Position numbers and translations under genes: made by a program. The notes beneath the pieces were generated by a model that saw only the letters and a program-made list of their open reading frames with translations, was not told the DNA's origin and did no database searches. Source: the human T2T-CHM13v2.0 reference genome, Homo sapiens. Taken from it: a stretch of DNA of 64,000 bases. Every line of letters starts with the position of its first letter. The first letter of the stretch is position 1. Positions 41,925-56,615 of this stretch are shown piece by piece. The stretch lies in NCBI RefSeq assembly GCF_009914755.1, contig NC_060937.1; one strand, written 5' to 3'.

Positions 41925-42400
41925 GTATCAGTTAGGATATGCTGGACTGCAAGTAACAGCAACCCTGATTCAACTGGCTTAAATAAATAAGGAAGTTTAT
42001 TAGATTACATACGAGGAAGTCAATAGTCAAGGGGGCTGCACGCACAAAATGACCAGGGTTCCAGTTTTGTTTGCCTACAGCTCATTTGATTCAGATGTCT
42101 TCTATGTGCCTATGTGTACGTTTTGTCTGCAGGTTCCCTGTCCTCATAGGTTACTGAATCACCTGTCCTCATTCAAGAAGGCTACCAGCCATGACTAGCA
42201 CAACTTACTATCTTGTTTATTTCCTGTAGGTGAGACAATCTCTCCCCTCATCGTGAAACATAAGGCCATGCTTGGGCGTAGTTAAATCTCATGCCTCACC
42301 TAGACCAATAATTGACTGCAGAACTGTCACATATTTCTTCCCTAAATCACAGGACTAAATGAAGAAAAGCTGACACCAGAACCAAATCAGAGGACTGTCC
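41925..42400 (-). mobile_element. MLT1J/K-type LTR
   Basis: tgtatcagttaggat..ctgcaagtaacag..tcaactggcttaaa. Confidence 0.55.
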
Positions 42401-42449
42401 TGTTAGGATGGGAGGAAGAAGAGGACAGGCAGCCAATAGTATCCATTGC

Positions 42450-42670
42450 AAAAGCATCATGATTACAATTGTGGGTTTTGGTGTCCCATGGACCAGCACT
42501 GAAATTCCAGCTTCAGACCTTAACCTTAATTATTTAGCCTCTTCTTGCCTCAGTTTTTGCATATGTACAGAATGTCAGATGGTTGGTCTGAGGATTAACT
42601 GACACTGCATGTAAAGAAGCAGGCACAATATATGGGATGTTGGTGAGCACTGAGTAAATGATGGCCTATG
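42450..42670 (+). mobile_element. MIR
   Basis: gcctcagtttttgcat..tgaggattaactga..gagcactgagtaaatg. Confidence 0.55.
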
Positions 42671-43654
42671 GGGAATATTCCTAAGGCTACTGTTACTGAC
42701 ATCACTGGGGATGTTGTTATCATGACAATCATTATTCATTATTAAAGTCCTCCTTAGCAGCTCTGATTCTGGGCCCAATTTGTAGATTTGGGGGGTTTCT
42801 GAGCAGCTAATGAATCAAGGCTCATAAACTGGACAAGTTCACCCCCTCATCCCTGCATGAGGGGATTTCTGTAAGTAGATAAGAGGTGCTGCCCTCCCCA
42901 CTCCCAGGGAAGCCATGGCACAGACCTCCACTGACCTTCCACCTTTTAAAAATTCTCCCGATGACTGTGCTTACAGAGACGTGCACCATACCTGCAGACC
43001 AGGAGCATGCAGCCCGGAAGAAAGTTGCAGCACCAGTCCTGGGAGTTCATCTTTCCCCTTTCCTGGCTGCCCCTGGTATCCGGTGTCAGAAGAGGCTCCC
43101 CAGGAAGTAGCATCTGTGGATCAGGATGGTTTCTGCTTCCCTTTCTTTTTATTATATTCTTGTCTCACACATGGAAAAGGTGAGCCAGTGAGTTCTAAGG
43201 ATATTTGTTCTGCCACTATACTCCGAAACTAAACCATCTGCCATCCCCAGTATACAATCCTGGTTGAGTACAGATCAGCTACAGGGTAGTTATGAATTTA
43301 AGAATACTGTAGTGCCTTTTCCCATTTCCACCATCAGCTATGAGAATTCCAAGGACACCAGGTGAATGTTCTTCCCCGCCTAACTGTCATGCACCATTCT
43401 TCCCTGCATCCTGGAGACTACCCCCGCTCCCCTGTCCTGTCATGACCCTGCTCCAAGTAGGTCTGTTGGCCTTGTTAGCTAGTGCAAACCTTCAGACTGC
43501 AACAGAGTCTGATGTGTTTATCTTTATTTCTCAGTGTCCTCGCCCTTCTTATCCTCCAAAGCCCTCTCTTTACACATCTCCTCTACCCCTAATACCCCCA
43601 TTTATCTTCAGCATTAGTTCCTGGGAGCCCTTTCTATTCTTTTGCTTCAGTCAG

Positions 43655-44077
43655 TGATATGGTTTGGCTCTGTGCCCTCACCCAAATCTCATGTGGAATT
43701 GTTATTCCCAATGTTGGGGGAGGGACCTGGTGGGAGGTCCCTTGGATCATGATCATGAGGGTGGATTTGGATCATGGGGATGAATTTGGACCATGCGGGT
43801 GGATTTGGATAATGGGGGCAGATTTCCCCCTTGCTGTTTTCATGATAGCGAGAGAGTTCCCATGAGATCTGATGGTTTGAAAGTGTGTGGCATCTCCCCT
43901 TCACTCTTTTTCTCTCTCCTGCCGCCGTATGAAGACATGCTTGCTTCCCCTTCACCTTCCAGGCATGCCTCCTTTACAGCCTATGGAACATTTTTATGAG
44001 TCAACTAAACCTCTTTTCTCCATAAGTTACCCAGTTTCAGGTATGTGTTTAGAGCAGCATGAGAAGGAACTAAAGCA
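43655..44077 (+). mobile_element. MSTA solo LTR with an internal 19-bp tandem expansion
   Basis: tgatatggtttggctctgtg..catgagatctgatggttt..; TSD gtcag / ggcag. Confidence 0.85.
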
Positions 44078-44144
44078 GGCAGTGATGGTGTTTTCTAAGG
44101 GAATCAGCAAAATTGAAAATAGTTTTTCCATGAACAGTGACATT

Positions 44145-44350
44145 AGTGGCAGAGTGGAAGGAACAGGAATCTAGAGTCAGTCATACCTGGCTTCAGAGCC
44201 CAGCACTGCCACAGCCATGTGACCCTGTGGAAGTTACTTAACTTCTCTGAACTTCAATTTATTCATCTGTCTGCTGGCATTTTTTAAAGGTTAAATAAGA
44301 CATAACTGAAAAGTGCTGAGCTTAGGACCTAGCCCAACAAATGACAGCTT
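44145..44350 (+). mobile_element. MIR
   Basis: tgtgaccctgtggaagttacttaacttctctgaacttca. Confidence 0.7.
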
Positions 44351-44897
44351 TAAATTGTGATAGTTACAGCACTAACAGAAGTAAGTCAATAAGGAAGATT
44401 CTATTTTAGGGGAATTCTCAGCCAAGATAAGGGGCACTGTCTTCTCCTTGTCAAGTCCTAATTTAATAAACAAATCATTTTTACAAGATTGTGAAGGAAA
44501 AATTCAGAACACCAGGAGGTGGACATCAACCAGAAGGATTTTTACACAAAGCCCCTTCATTTTCTACTTAGCCCTTGGCTGGTGAGTTTTCTGTCATGAA
44601 AGGCTTTAAAAGGGATTTCAGTGAGGACCCCTCTGTTTTTCACAAGTCAAGTAAAAAGAGTCCCTTCTACTGTCAACCTTCATGGACCATCCCTGCTCAC
44701 TCTTCCTGGAGGTGAGGTCACCTCCTCCCTCTTTTATCCTGAATAATTGACAGTAATATATCCCGTTACAGCTTTTCATTTCTCATTTGGAGCAATGAAC
44801 AGTGGGCTTCCTCTATTCTCTAATAGTGATATTGGAAAGTTGCAAGTAGGTAAAAATTATCATCACAAGTTATATAGCCAGGTATAGAGATTTTTGA

Positions 44898-45231
<334 letters not shown>

Positions 45232-45340
45232 CATTCTCTCTAAGTGTATAACTTGTATATATCATCTCTTGGGATCCTAACCTCTCTTAGTGACAATTTA
45301 CTGATGTTATCCTTTTCCAAATGAAGGTCAGATTATTACA

Positions 45341-46290
<950 letters not shown>

Positions 46291-46352
46291 TCTACGCAGG
46301 CATGGGGCACACCTCCCCACATGCACCCCGGGGAGGCGGCATGCCTCTAGGA

Positions 46353-46514
46353 TCACACTGTCCAATAAGGTGGCCACAAGCCACATCCTTGTATCTTCCT
46401 TTACATTTTAAATAATTAAGATTAAAATTAAAATCAGTTTTTCGGTTGTATTAGCCATATTCCAAGTGCTCAATTGCCACACGACACCAGTGGCTACCCT
46501 CTGGGACAGCCCCG
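46353..46514 (-). mobile_element. MER3-type hAT MITE
   Basis: ctgtccaataaggtggccacaagccacat..tagccatattccaagtgctcaat..agtggctacc..ggacagc; 8-bp TSD ctctagga / ctctggga. Confidence 0.7.
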
Positions 46515-47089
46515 CTCTGGGAGCTGCTCTGCCTGTGTATCTGGCCATCTGGCCTGGGAGCAGCAGTGTGGTATTTGTTGTGTTTGACCCTGAGGCAGTA
46601 TTTCTGGTTTCTCACAATATTTGTGACACATTCAGGAGATTCAGAATGTCCTGAGTGCTCTGGTGAGGGGACCCAGGTGTTCTAAAAGGGCCAGCTTTAT
46701 TTTCTTTAGGAGTCTTGCATAGCGTATCAAATTTGTGACCCTATTACACCTATACTTCTTAAACTGGAATCCCTTGGCACATTTAGAAGCCTCCCTGGGG
46801 TCCATGTGGGGAGGTGTGCCCCATGCCCACATGGATGCCTCCAGCTCCTTCTTACATATAAGAATGTTTCACTATTCTTCTCCCACTCCTGGTTTCCACC
46901 TCAAGGCGTTGCTTACAATTCTTGGTCCTGGTGTTCTCTCGGCAGATGCCTGCTGCCTGTGACTACTCCTTAGAAGTGTGCCAAGGAACCAGTGTTCCAT
47001 GCCCAATTCAGATTTTTGAAATATTGGGTTAGGGTTCTTTCTACATAACAAACAACGTCCATATACTCTGTTCATCCTAAATTCCTCTA

Positions 47090-47478
47090 CCTGACCTCCA
47101 TGGCCATGATCTGTATTGCTTTCCCTGAGAGACTTCTCCAAAGCCTGGGAGGCTGTTCTGCCAGTGACAGGCTGGAAGTGCAAGAAATTGGGAGCAGCTA
47201 TCAGCAATAGCTGACAGAAGTTGGTGTAAAAATAACACAGCTTCTTGTTCCTCAAGTAGGACCATTCTAAGGCATGCATTTCACATAATCTCCCAAAGTT
47301 TCCCCTTGGAGTTAAGCTCTATTCACTTTCTTGGTAATGCACACTTTATTGGCTTTCTTTCCATCCTTGTATCACTTTCCTACTTCTCTTCTATCATATC
47401 CTATATCTCCCAAATAAATTACTTGCCCTGAGACCCTGCTTTCACAATCTGCTACTAGGAAAACCCAAGCTAAGATAC
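47090..47478 (+). mobile_element. LTR16-type ERVL LTR
   Basis: ctttattggctttctttcc..ctcccaaataaattacttgc..tctgct..aacccaagctaaga 3' end. Confidence 0.6.
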
Positions 47479-47887
47479 CCTATGTGACTTCTTAGCATTT
47501 TAACACACTAATGAACAGTATCAGTCCTCAAGAGAGGCAGAGCACACGCAGCAGCTCCCAAATGTGCTGTGGTTGGGTCTACCTATTCTTGGCATTCCTG
47601 TCACATCTCCCTGAACTGTGTTCCATAAAACCCACCTTGGGAAATGCTGGTTTGGAGCAAAAAGATTCCAAGCTTATAACTCTCAGAGTCACTCTAAAGT
47701 AGATGTCAGCTTAAAGGCATCAGTCCAATGGGCTGCTGTGGCCTTTGGCTTTATCTTTACAATATTAGGGGTTCTTCTGAGTCAGAATAGAAATAAAATA
47801 GAATGCACTTTCCTGTCTCATTCAGAGCCATAATGCATTCCCGAGAGAGCTCTGTGGGAAGCTCTGCTTAAAAAATGGCATCATGCT

Positions 47888-48251
47888 TGATATGGTTTGG
47901 TTGTGTCCCTACCCAAATCTCATCTTGAATTGTAGCTCCCATAATTCCCACGTGTTATGGGAGGGACCCAATGGGAGGTAATTGAATCATGGGGGCAGGT
48001 TTTTCCCATGCTGTTCTCATGATCGTGAATAAGACTCACAAGATCTGATGGTTTTATAAAGGACAGTTCCCCTGCACATGCTCTCTTGCCTGCCACCATG
48101 TAAGATATGCCTCTGTTCCTCCTTTGCCTCTGCCATGATTGTGAGACCTCCCCAGCCATGTGGAACTGTGAGTCCATTAAACCTCTTTTTCTTCATAAAT
48201 TACCCAGTCTCAGGTATGTCCTTATTAGCAGTGTAAGAATGGACTACTACA
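47888..48251 (+). mobile_element. THE1B/C solo LTR
   Basis: tgatatggtttgg..ggtaattgaatcatggggg..gagtccattaaacctc; TSD atgct on both sides. Confidence 0.9.
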
Positions 48252-48619
48252 ATGCTACTAAGAAGAGTGCAGAGAAGGCAGAACACAAGGCCGAAGGGAG
48301 TAGGTGGTAGCCACCTGGGAATACAGTGAAAAGTTAGCCTTGCTGTGTTGGGGTGAAAAGTCAGAAAAGTGATAAGCTAGAAATAAATAAACAATAAATA
48401 GCAAAAAATGGAATAAATGTCTTTGTTCTCCACATTTCAGAATATTAGCCTTAAAGGAAAGCTCTTCATGTCTAAAAGAAATACGTCAAAGATAAAATGG
48501 AGTAATTGTTACCATATATGGAAGGTACTTCTTGCAACAGGTGTTATGGGATCTTTCCTCACTTCCTACCTCAAGAGTTAAAAACTGAATATAAAAAAAA
48601 AAGTGGAGTCTGAAAAAGG

Positions 48620-48885
48620 TTAACAAATACTGTATGTTCTCACTTATAAGTGGGAGCTAAACATCAGGTACTCATGGACATAAAAATGGCAACGATACAC
48701 ATTGGGGACTACTAGAGCAGGGGAGGACAAGGGTTGAAAAACTACCGATTGGGTTCTATGCTCACTGCCTGGGTGACAGAATCATTTGTACCCCAAACCT
48801 CAGCATCACGAAATATATCCATGTAACAAACTTGCACAGGTACCCCCTGAATCTAAAATAAAAGTTGAAAAAGAAAAAAATAAAA
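48620..48885 (+). mobile_element. L1PB4/L1PA17-like 3'UTR fragment
   Basis: ttctcacttataagtgggagctaa..ccccaaacctcagcatcacg..cctgaatctaaaataaaagttg; TSD-like aaaaag(g/a)ttaa. Confidence 0.8.
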
Positions 48886-48934
48886 AAGATTAAGCAAAAT
48901 CCTACTCATCAGAGCAATAAAGAAATACTGTTAC

Positions 48935-49120
48935 ATGATATAAATTTTGGAATCAAATAGACCTCGGTTGAATAACGGCCCTGCTATTCAAGTGCACCTA
49001 TCTGCACTTTAGGTTCCTTATCTATAAAGTGAATACAAAAGTACCTACCTTGTAGGATTGTTGTGAGAAATAAAACTAATTAAATACCCAACATAGTGCC
49101 TCAATAAGTAGTACTATCAT
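48935..49120 (+). mobile_element. MIR
   Basis: tctataaagtg..tacctaccttgtaggattgttgtgag. Confidence 0.6.
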
Positions 49121-49583
49121 TAAGTCCACAATAAGTTACTAAAGCATTTAGTATGTCTTGGTTATATTGTTCCCAAAATCTACTGTGGCCAGTTTTAGGG
49201 AAAACAGCTAAGAACAGGACCCAGGGATGGATGGACCAGGGCAGGACAGGGCCCACCTGGGAAGAGCAAAGCCCAGCCTGTTCTCTACAGCTCCCACAGC
49301 AAACTCACAGAGGCCTCGCTCTCCCCTGTCCAGCAAGACCAGATTCGCTGCTACGTTTCTATTACAAACGGTTTCAATCTTTCATCAGTGCCCAGAAATA
49401 TCTCCAGGCTTTAGATTTTCTGACAGTTTCTCAGTCCTACAAAATCAAATAAAAGCCAGGATGCTGAATGTAGTTTTGCCAGTCCATAGAAACATTTCTG
49501 AGCATCCCAACCACTCCCCTTAATAAAAGCCTCTCTTGATTCCATTTTTGCTTCCAGCCACCTCCCAACTTTTCCACTCTCTT

Positions 49584-49956
49584 TTTATTAGTCCATTCTC
49601 ACGCCACAACAAAGACATACCCAATACTGGGTAATTTATAAAGAAAAGAGATTTAATTAACTCACAGTTCTGCAGGGCTGAGGAGGCCTCAGAAAACTTA
49701 TAATCACAGCAGATGGGGAAGCAAACACGTCCTTCTTCACATGGCAGCAGGAAGGGGAAGTACTAAGCAAAAAGGGGAAAAGCCCTTTATAAAACCATCA
49801 GATTTGTGAGAACTCACTCACTATCATGAGAACAGCATGAGGTTAACCATCCCTGCGATTCAATTACCTCCCACCAAGTCCCTCCTAAAACACAAGGGGA
49901 TTATAGGAACTAAAATTCAAGCTGAGATTTGGATGGGGACACAGCCAACCATATCA
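49584..49956 (-). mobile_element. THE1C/D solo LTR
   Basis: tattagtccattctcac..actgggtaatttataaagaaaag..gagatttggatggggacacagccaaccatatca. Confidence 0.88.
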
Positions 49957-51217
49957 CCCTTCTAAGTACAACTTCTTGCAAGAATCACTCATCCTATCTC
50001 CAACCCTCTCCTCCGGTCCTCTCTTGAGCCCACTGCAATCAGGCCTATCCACCTACTGTTGCCAAACCCAATGTTCACTTCTCAGTTTGCACCTACCACA
50101 ACTGACCCACCAGCAGTGTCCCAGGACATAGTGCTCTCTGCTCTTCCTACCTCACCAGCCCATTGTCAGCCCCAGCTGCTCTTCATCAGGCCTCTCCTCT
50201 TCCACATCTGCCTCACTCCCTTAGTGACCTCATCCATGGCTTTCAGTATCCTCTTCAAGATTTTCTAACATGTCTCAATAAGCTGTCAGCTCTCAAAGGT
50301 AGCTCACCAGTGTGGACTTCTGCCCTGAAAATAATCCAAAATCCTTCTTTTGTCCTGTCTATGTCCTGCTTCCTTTTGTGAGAGAGACAAAACATTTCCA
50401 ATGGATCAGGTCCTTTCTTGGGTCAAGGGTGGACATTGACAACAATCCCACATAGATCCATTTATAAACTGACCTGTTGCTTGTGGAAGATCTTTTATCC
50501 TCTTTAAGGTTTTCCAACATGACCTCATGACATATGACATTTTCACTTGTTACAAGACTCTGGACATTTCTTAAGCTGTCTCAGTTTGGGATTCTCATCT
50601 ATACCTCGGCTTATCAACATTTCACCTACAGGCCAGGTATACAAAGAACATTTTAATCACTTCAGATAGTAGAAGATAGAATACAGCGCACAATATTTAA
50701 ACAATAGTGAGGCACAGATTTTATTTGCTCTCCCAGAGTTTCCCCTTGGGGTTAAGTCCTAGTAACCCACTGCAGTCATTGACTTGGTAATGCACACTTT
50801 CAGAAAGTACACATTTTTAAGATCCTCTATTATGTAATATAACCCAAGATTTTTTTTAGAAGTATTTTCCTGGCAGCAAAGTGAAGGGACAGAGAGACTG
50901 ATTAAGGGCCTAGAATGAGAGTCTAGTGAAGAAATAATAAAGGCCTGAAGTCCGGCAGTGACTTGGAGGTTGGGTAGGTGCCAAATTTTTTAAAAGTCTG
51001 AGCTTATGAGTATAAGATAAAAAATGGTATAAACATCTCCAGCATGTGAACGTGGAAGCTTGTGACATCATGGAATAAAACTGGACATACAGAAAGAGAA
51101 AGAGCAGACAAGGGGCTAATTGATGAACCCTTGTGATGGTAGGTTCTTTTTGCCTCAGAAACTAGTAACCCACTTTCTAACTCATAGGAAAAAGGAGGCC
51201 TAAAAATAATCATGATA

Positions 51218-51761
<544 letters not shown>

Positions 51762-52199
51762 TTAAACTAAGAGCACCACTCAGTAGATACGAAAAAGTCC
51801 TGCTTGGTAAAGTGATGGGAAATGGCAGAAGTCAACGAAACAATTGACCCTTCAACCAGAGGTCCCACCTGGGAATCAGCTCCAAAGACTGTAACTGGGT
51901 TACTGATGATCAGCGCAGCTCATAGGCCATGAATGTGAATGTTTCTCGTCTCGGTTGTCTCACTGTGCTTTCTATTTTTCAGAAATCATTCCTGTTGTTC
52001 TGTTTTCAGACTTAAGGAATATGGATGCTGTCGAAATGACACTGCACTCAGAGATGGAAGGAAGGTGTTCTGGCTGTTCAGTTATCCCACTAACATTTTT
52101 CAACTCCCACCATGGACCACCCATGGTGGACCCAAACCAGGGATGCTAACATTGCCCACAAAAGACTTTCAGATTAGTAGCCATAACCACAAACATGTT

Positions 52200-52450
52200 A
52201 TACAGCACTGATTCCTTTCCAGGCACTGTCCTATATAATTCTGTTATATTTTAGTGCCTTATATATATTAACTCATTTAATCCTCACAACAACTCAGTAA
52301 GATAAGTGCACTATTGTTATCATCCCCATTTTAAAGATGAGAAAACTGAAGCAATAAAGGGTAAGAAACTTGCCCAAGGCTACACACAGAATAAGCTAGG
52401 ATTTCAAATCGGGCTGGCTGAGTTCAGGGGCTGCGCTAGACTATTCTACA
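52200..52450 (-). mobile_element. MIR
   Basis: ctcatttaatcctcacaacaac..ccccattttaaagatgagaaaactgaagc..aacttgcccaagg. Confidence 0.85.
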
Positions 52451-54450
52451 CTCTATAGAAACAAATTATCAACAATTGAAATGGAGCATTTCTGGTATTA
52501 GATATTAGAAGTGAGGACATGCTGCCCCCAGGGCCAATTTGCATGGAGAAAAGTCAGGAAAAACTTTTCAGCCCTTGAACAGGGTCTTGCCAGATGAATA
52601 TGGATTCAGTTTCAGAGAGAGGGAAACTTGTGTGCAGAGGCACTAGACAGGCAGCTGGAGGATGTTAGTTCAAGGTGGCTGGGATAAAGGACTGGAAATG
52701 GCATAGCAAGGGGGAAATGTGGGCATGTGCCGAGGCCTTATATATTATACCAAAAATAAATAAAAATATCTTGTTTCTGGGCCATACTTTTTCACTTGGT
52801 TCACTTAGTTCAGCACTTGAAGTCATCAGAAAATGAGAGAAGCACAGCCCCCGTGTGATGAAATGGAATGATAATCTCTCCAGCTAGCTCAGAACTGCTT
52901 TTGTTCAAGGCTCCTTAAGTTGCGACTATAGCACAATGAGCACATGTAGCCGCGTAACCACCACCAAGGCATTTAATGGGGTAACACAAACCAAGCCGGC
53001 TTCCATGATTCTTCTGCTCAACAGGGAGCTCTGTTTTTGGGTCCAACGCCAATCAGAAGTGATTCTTCATGCCACGAGATGTCTACAACTCCCTTTCCAT
53101 TAGACAACAGTCACAGAGCAGAGAAAAGCCAGGCTTAGAAAGCAAAGCTGCAGTACCAAACAAGAAACTATTCCAGGGAAATAGACAATAAGTAAAGCAA
53201 GCAGCCAGCACTCCCTTTAAAGTATCAGAATTGGGGTGAGGGAGGATGAAGCCTCCATAGCAAAGCACAGGATAAATAAGGTGCTTAAAGAAACCCAAAG
53301 CAAGCACAGATGCACAGACAGAAGATTTGTGCACCTGACTCTGGAAAATCCAATCCTACGTAGACTGGTGTGAGAAAAGAAGTGTGAGACGTGCAAAGGA
53401 ATCTAGAGAACTCAGACATGGCAGGAAGAATCCAGCCCAGACCGAAGTAATTCCCTGACCACACCAGTAAGGGCTTTGGTTGTTTCCTCAGAGGGAAAGG
53501 ACAGGATATTTCCAACCGCATCATCTCTCTAGTGCCCTTCTTGCTCTTTCCTCCCCTCAGCCCACCCAGCTTACCTCCATTCCCAGGGTAGGAAACTCGA
53601 GCCCCAATCCCCAGCTCACTTCACCTGAGGCCTCAGAGAATCGAAACATAGGAACAGTCTCTTGCGATGGGTACTGCAAGCACCAGTCCCACTCCTGTGT
53701 CTCCCAGACCTAAAGGCTGGGTCTGGGTCCTCTGTTCCCACCACAGCTCCACATCTGGAAGAGCAGATGTGCACCCAAGGAAGTTCCCTCCAGCCCCAGA
53801 CCTGACTGCTCATGGATTGGAGGCAGCGCGGGAGTCCAGGACAACCTTGCCTTTTCTGCCGCTCCATCTGCACAGGGCACTGCAGCCTCTGTCTCCAGAC
53901 CTCTGAAAATGAACAGGTTGCACACAAGCTCCAGTTCATCCCCCTCTGCTGAAAGGGGCACTTCCTGTCCTTCAGTCCCCCAAAAATGACTCACTCTCCA
54001 AAGTAGTGGTCTCTGATACTTCTTGCTGGAGAGAACCAAAGTACATATTTTCATCAGTGAGGAAGCAGTCTACTATATCTATATTTCTGCACTATTAGTT
54101 ACACATTGTTGACTGCATAGTAAAATGTGTATAGTTCTTTTTCCATAATGTGAACTCAAATACTTTGGGTTTTTTCTCTTCATAAAGTGCTGAGTCACAG
54201 GACCACTTCTGGAACAGATCAGTGTAGATTATCTGGTCCCTCATGACAAATATAGTTACAATTCTGATGTCCAGAGCAGACCTCATCTGGATTCATGTCT
54301 GCTAGATGTGTTGTAATCATTCAAATTAACCCAAGCACAGAAAACCCTAGAAAAAACAAGATAGGCCTATGTTATAAGCGAAATGAAATATGGATGAGCT
54401 ACATGGCTCTTCCAAGAGGCAGAGCTGGGTGCTGATTCTACGTATCATCA

Positions 54451-54501
54451 TGTGTGTGTGTGTGTGAAAAAGAGAGAGAGTGAGAGAGAGAGAGAGAGAG
54501 A
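54451..54501 (+). repeat. Compound (TG)n/(AG)n microsatellite
   Basis: tgtgtgtgtgtgtgtgaaaaagagagagagtgagagagag... Confidence 0.9.
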
Positions 54502-55076
54502 AATTGCCTGAAAGCTTTGGGCTGGCCCTATGGTAAGAATGGTCCAACAATGTCCTACCTCATCCCCTCCCAGGACTCACTTCTGAAATCCTGATTGAAG
54601 TCTGTGGTATGCCTGGTGCCCTAGTACTTAGGGAGTCAACTTGGAGATTTATCCCTTAGGATCCCTGGCTTGAATTGTCACTTTCCAGAAGTCACAACTA
54701 ATTTATTCTTACTTTGCCCAGGATGCAACGCCCCCCACACTCAAATATTCACCTAAGTGGTGATGTAGGGGAAGACTGGTTATGAAGGATTCACGGTTTT
54801 CTCAGTCAATTCCAGATTCTGCTTCACATGAGCTGAGCACCACCTCAAAGCCTCAGGCCACTAATCGCTGTCAAGTCACAGCTGTGCCAATCAATGTGCC
54901 TCCCTGTAATTTAAATCTCACATGACTGACTTTTTAAAACCTATCTAACTCAAAAATGTTAAGTACATAGGCTCTGGGATATGTTTTATTTTTATCTCAG
55001 AACTGTATCTTCTCCCCCAAAATTGTATTTAAGTGGTTATTTCCTTTTAATTTTTGGAATGAAGACACTGCCTTTT

Positions 55077-55365
55077 GGCCAGATGCAGTGGCTCACACCT
55101 GTACTCTCAGCACTTTGAGAATCCAAGGCCAGAGGATCACCTGAGGTCAGGAGTTCAAGGCCAACCTGGGAACACAGCAAGATCTCATCTCTTTAAAAAC
55201 AATTAGCTAGGTGTTATGGCTTGTGCCTGTAGTCTCAGCTACTCAGGAGGCTGAGGCAGGAGAATCCCTCGAGCCCAGGAGTTTGAGGTTAAAGTGAGCT
55301 ATAATCATGCCACTGCACTCCAGACTGAGTGAAAGAGTGACTCTGTCTCAAAAAAAATAAAAAAA
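55077..55365 (+). mobile_element. AluJ
   Basis: gagcccaggagtttgaggtt..gtgagctataatcatgccactgcactccag. Confidence 0.9.
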
Positions 55366-55739
55366 TGCCTAGAAAGAAAATAAACTTGAATTTTGTGGCA
55401 AAACAAGTCTCACTAGGAAATACAATTGAGAAAGCATATTGGCTCTTATATATATTTATCTCCTGTAAACAGACTCTAAAATAACTGAAGCACATATGTT
55501 GGGGTTAGGGGCCTGGTTCCTTTCTTTATGAAGTGAGTAAAGTAGTCCCAGAAAATGAGAAAAATTACCATTGCTAGAAGACTCTAATTTAAAACCAAAC
55601 AAAGTTGAAGAATTGCTAATACCTTCAGAATCTCTGATGAAACAAACATCTACTAAGTTCATCAGAAGACAGAAGTAGGGCACCTTGCCTTTTAACACTT
55701 TCCACATTTTCCTTTGTGCATCCTCTTAGTTTGGATATA

Positions 55740-55968
55740 CAGTCATTCATTGCTTAACAACAGGGATATGTTCTGGAAATGCATCATTAGGCAATTTCAT
55801 CATTGTGCAAACATCATGGCATGTACTTACACAAACCTAGATGGGATAGCCTGCTGTACATCTATACTCTATGGTACAGCCTATTGCTCCTAGGCTACAA
55901 ACCTGTGCAGCATGTGACTGTACTGAATTCTGTATGCAACTGTAACACGATACTAAGTATGTGTGTAG
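55740..55968 (+). mobile_element. Tigger3 (MER7-type) 5' fragment
   Basis: TA followed by cagtcat..gcttaacaacagggatatgttctg..acacaaacctagatgg..ttgctcctaggctacaaacctg. Confidence 0.85.
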
Positions 55969-56514
55969 ACTGTCCTGCTTCTTACCTCTCACTTCTTATG
56001 GAGATCCCCTGCCTCCGCAGCTGGCCACCATGGCAGCAGGGAGACAAATGGAGTCATCACTCAGAGCTCCTTTTACCTTCCTGTCCATAGGACTTCAAGA
56101 GGCTGCAACAACTTGCAGAGAACAGAGTGGATAGAGTGTGGCTGAAATGCACCCGTGCTCAGCATCAGCGAAAGCCACCATTCACTGGGGAGCATTGGAA
56201 AGCGAGAAATACAGGCAGACTCCTGTCTACACCTGGCTCATCAGAGAGCCAAACCCCAAAATGACCTAGAAAGCAAGGAGCTCAACCCACAGCCCAGGCT
56301 TCATTCTGCAGCCACCTTAGAGAAACCCCTCTACCCATCCCCTCCTTTAGTGGATAGTGGAGCTTCGTTTTGAACATTGAGGTTTGTGATATACAAGTAT
56401 GGGAGCTTTAAAGTGAAGCAAGGACAAACACCATAAAAAGAAAACAGTTTTGAGCATCCCAAAAGAATCTCTGCAGAACACCAAGAAATGTCCAAAAGAC
56501 ACTTCCACAGACTA

Positions 56515-56615
56515 AAATGCTCTGTGGTCACCATCTTGAAATTCTTAAGAATTTTTTAACAAGGGGCCCCATATTTTCATTTTGCCCTGGGTTCCACAAA
56601 TTCTGTAGTCCTTCC
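56515..56615. mobile_element. MER91-type hAT fragment
   Basis: gctctgtggtcaccatcttgaaattctta..aaggggccccatattttcattttgccctggg. Confidence 0.6.

Noticed and set aside
53300-54060. Cluster of overlapping ORFs on both strands with nearby TGACTCA sites
   Set aside because: No domain-like sequence; ORF lengths fit chance at this GC content, and single AP-1 heptamers are not evidence of an enhancer.
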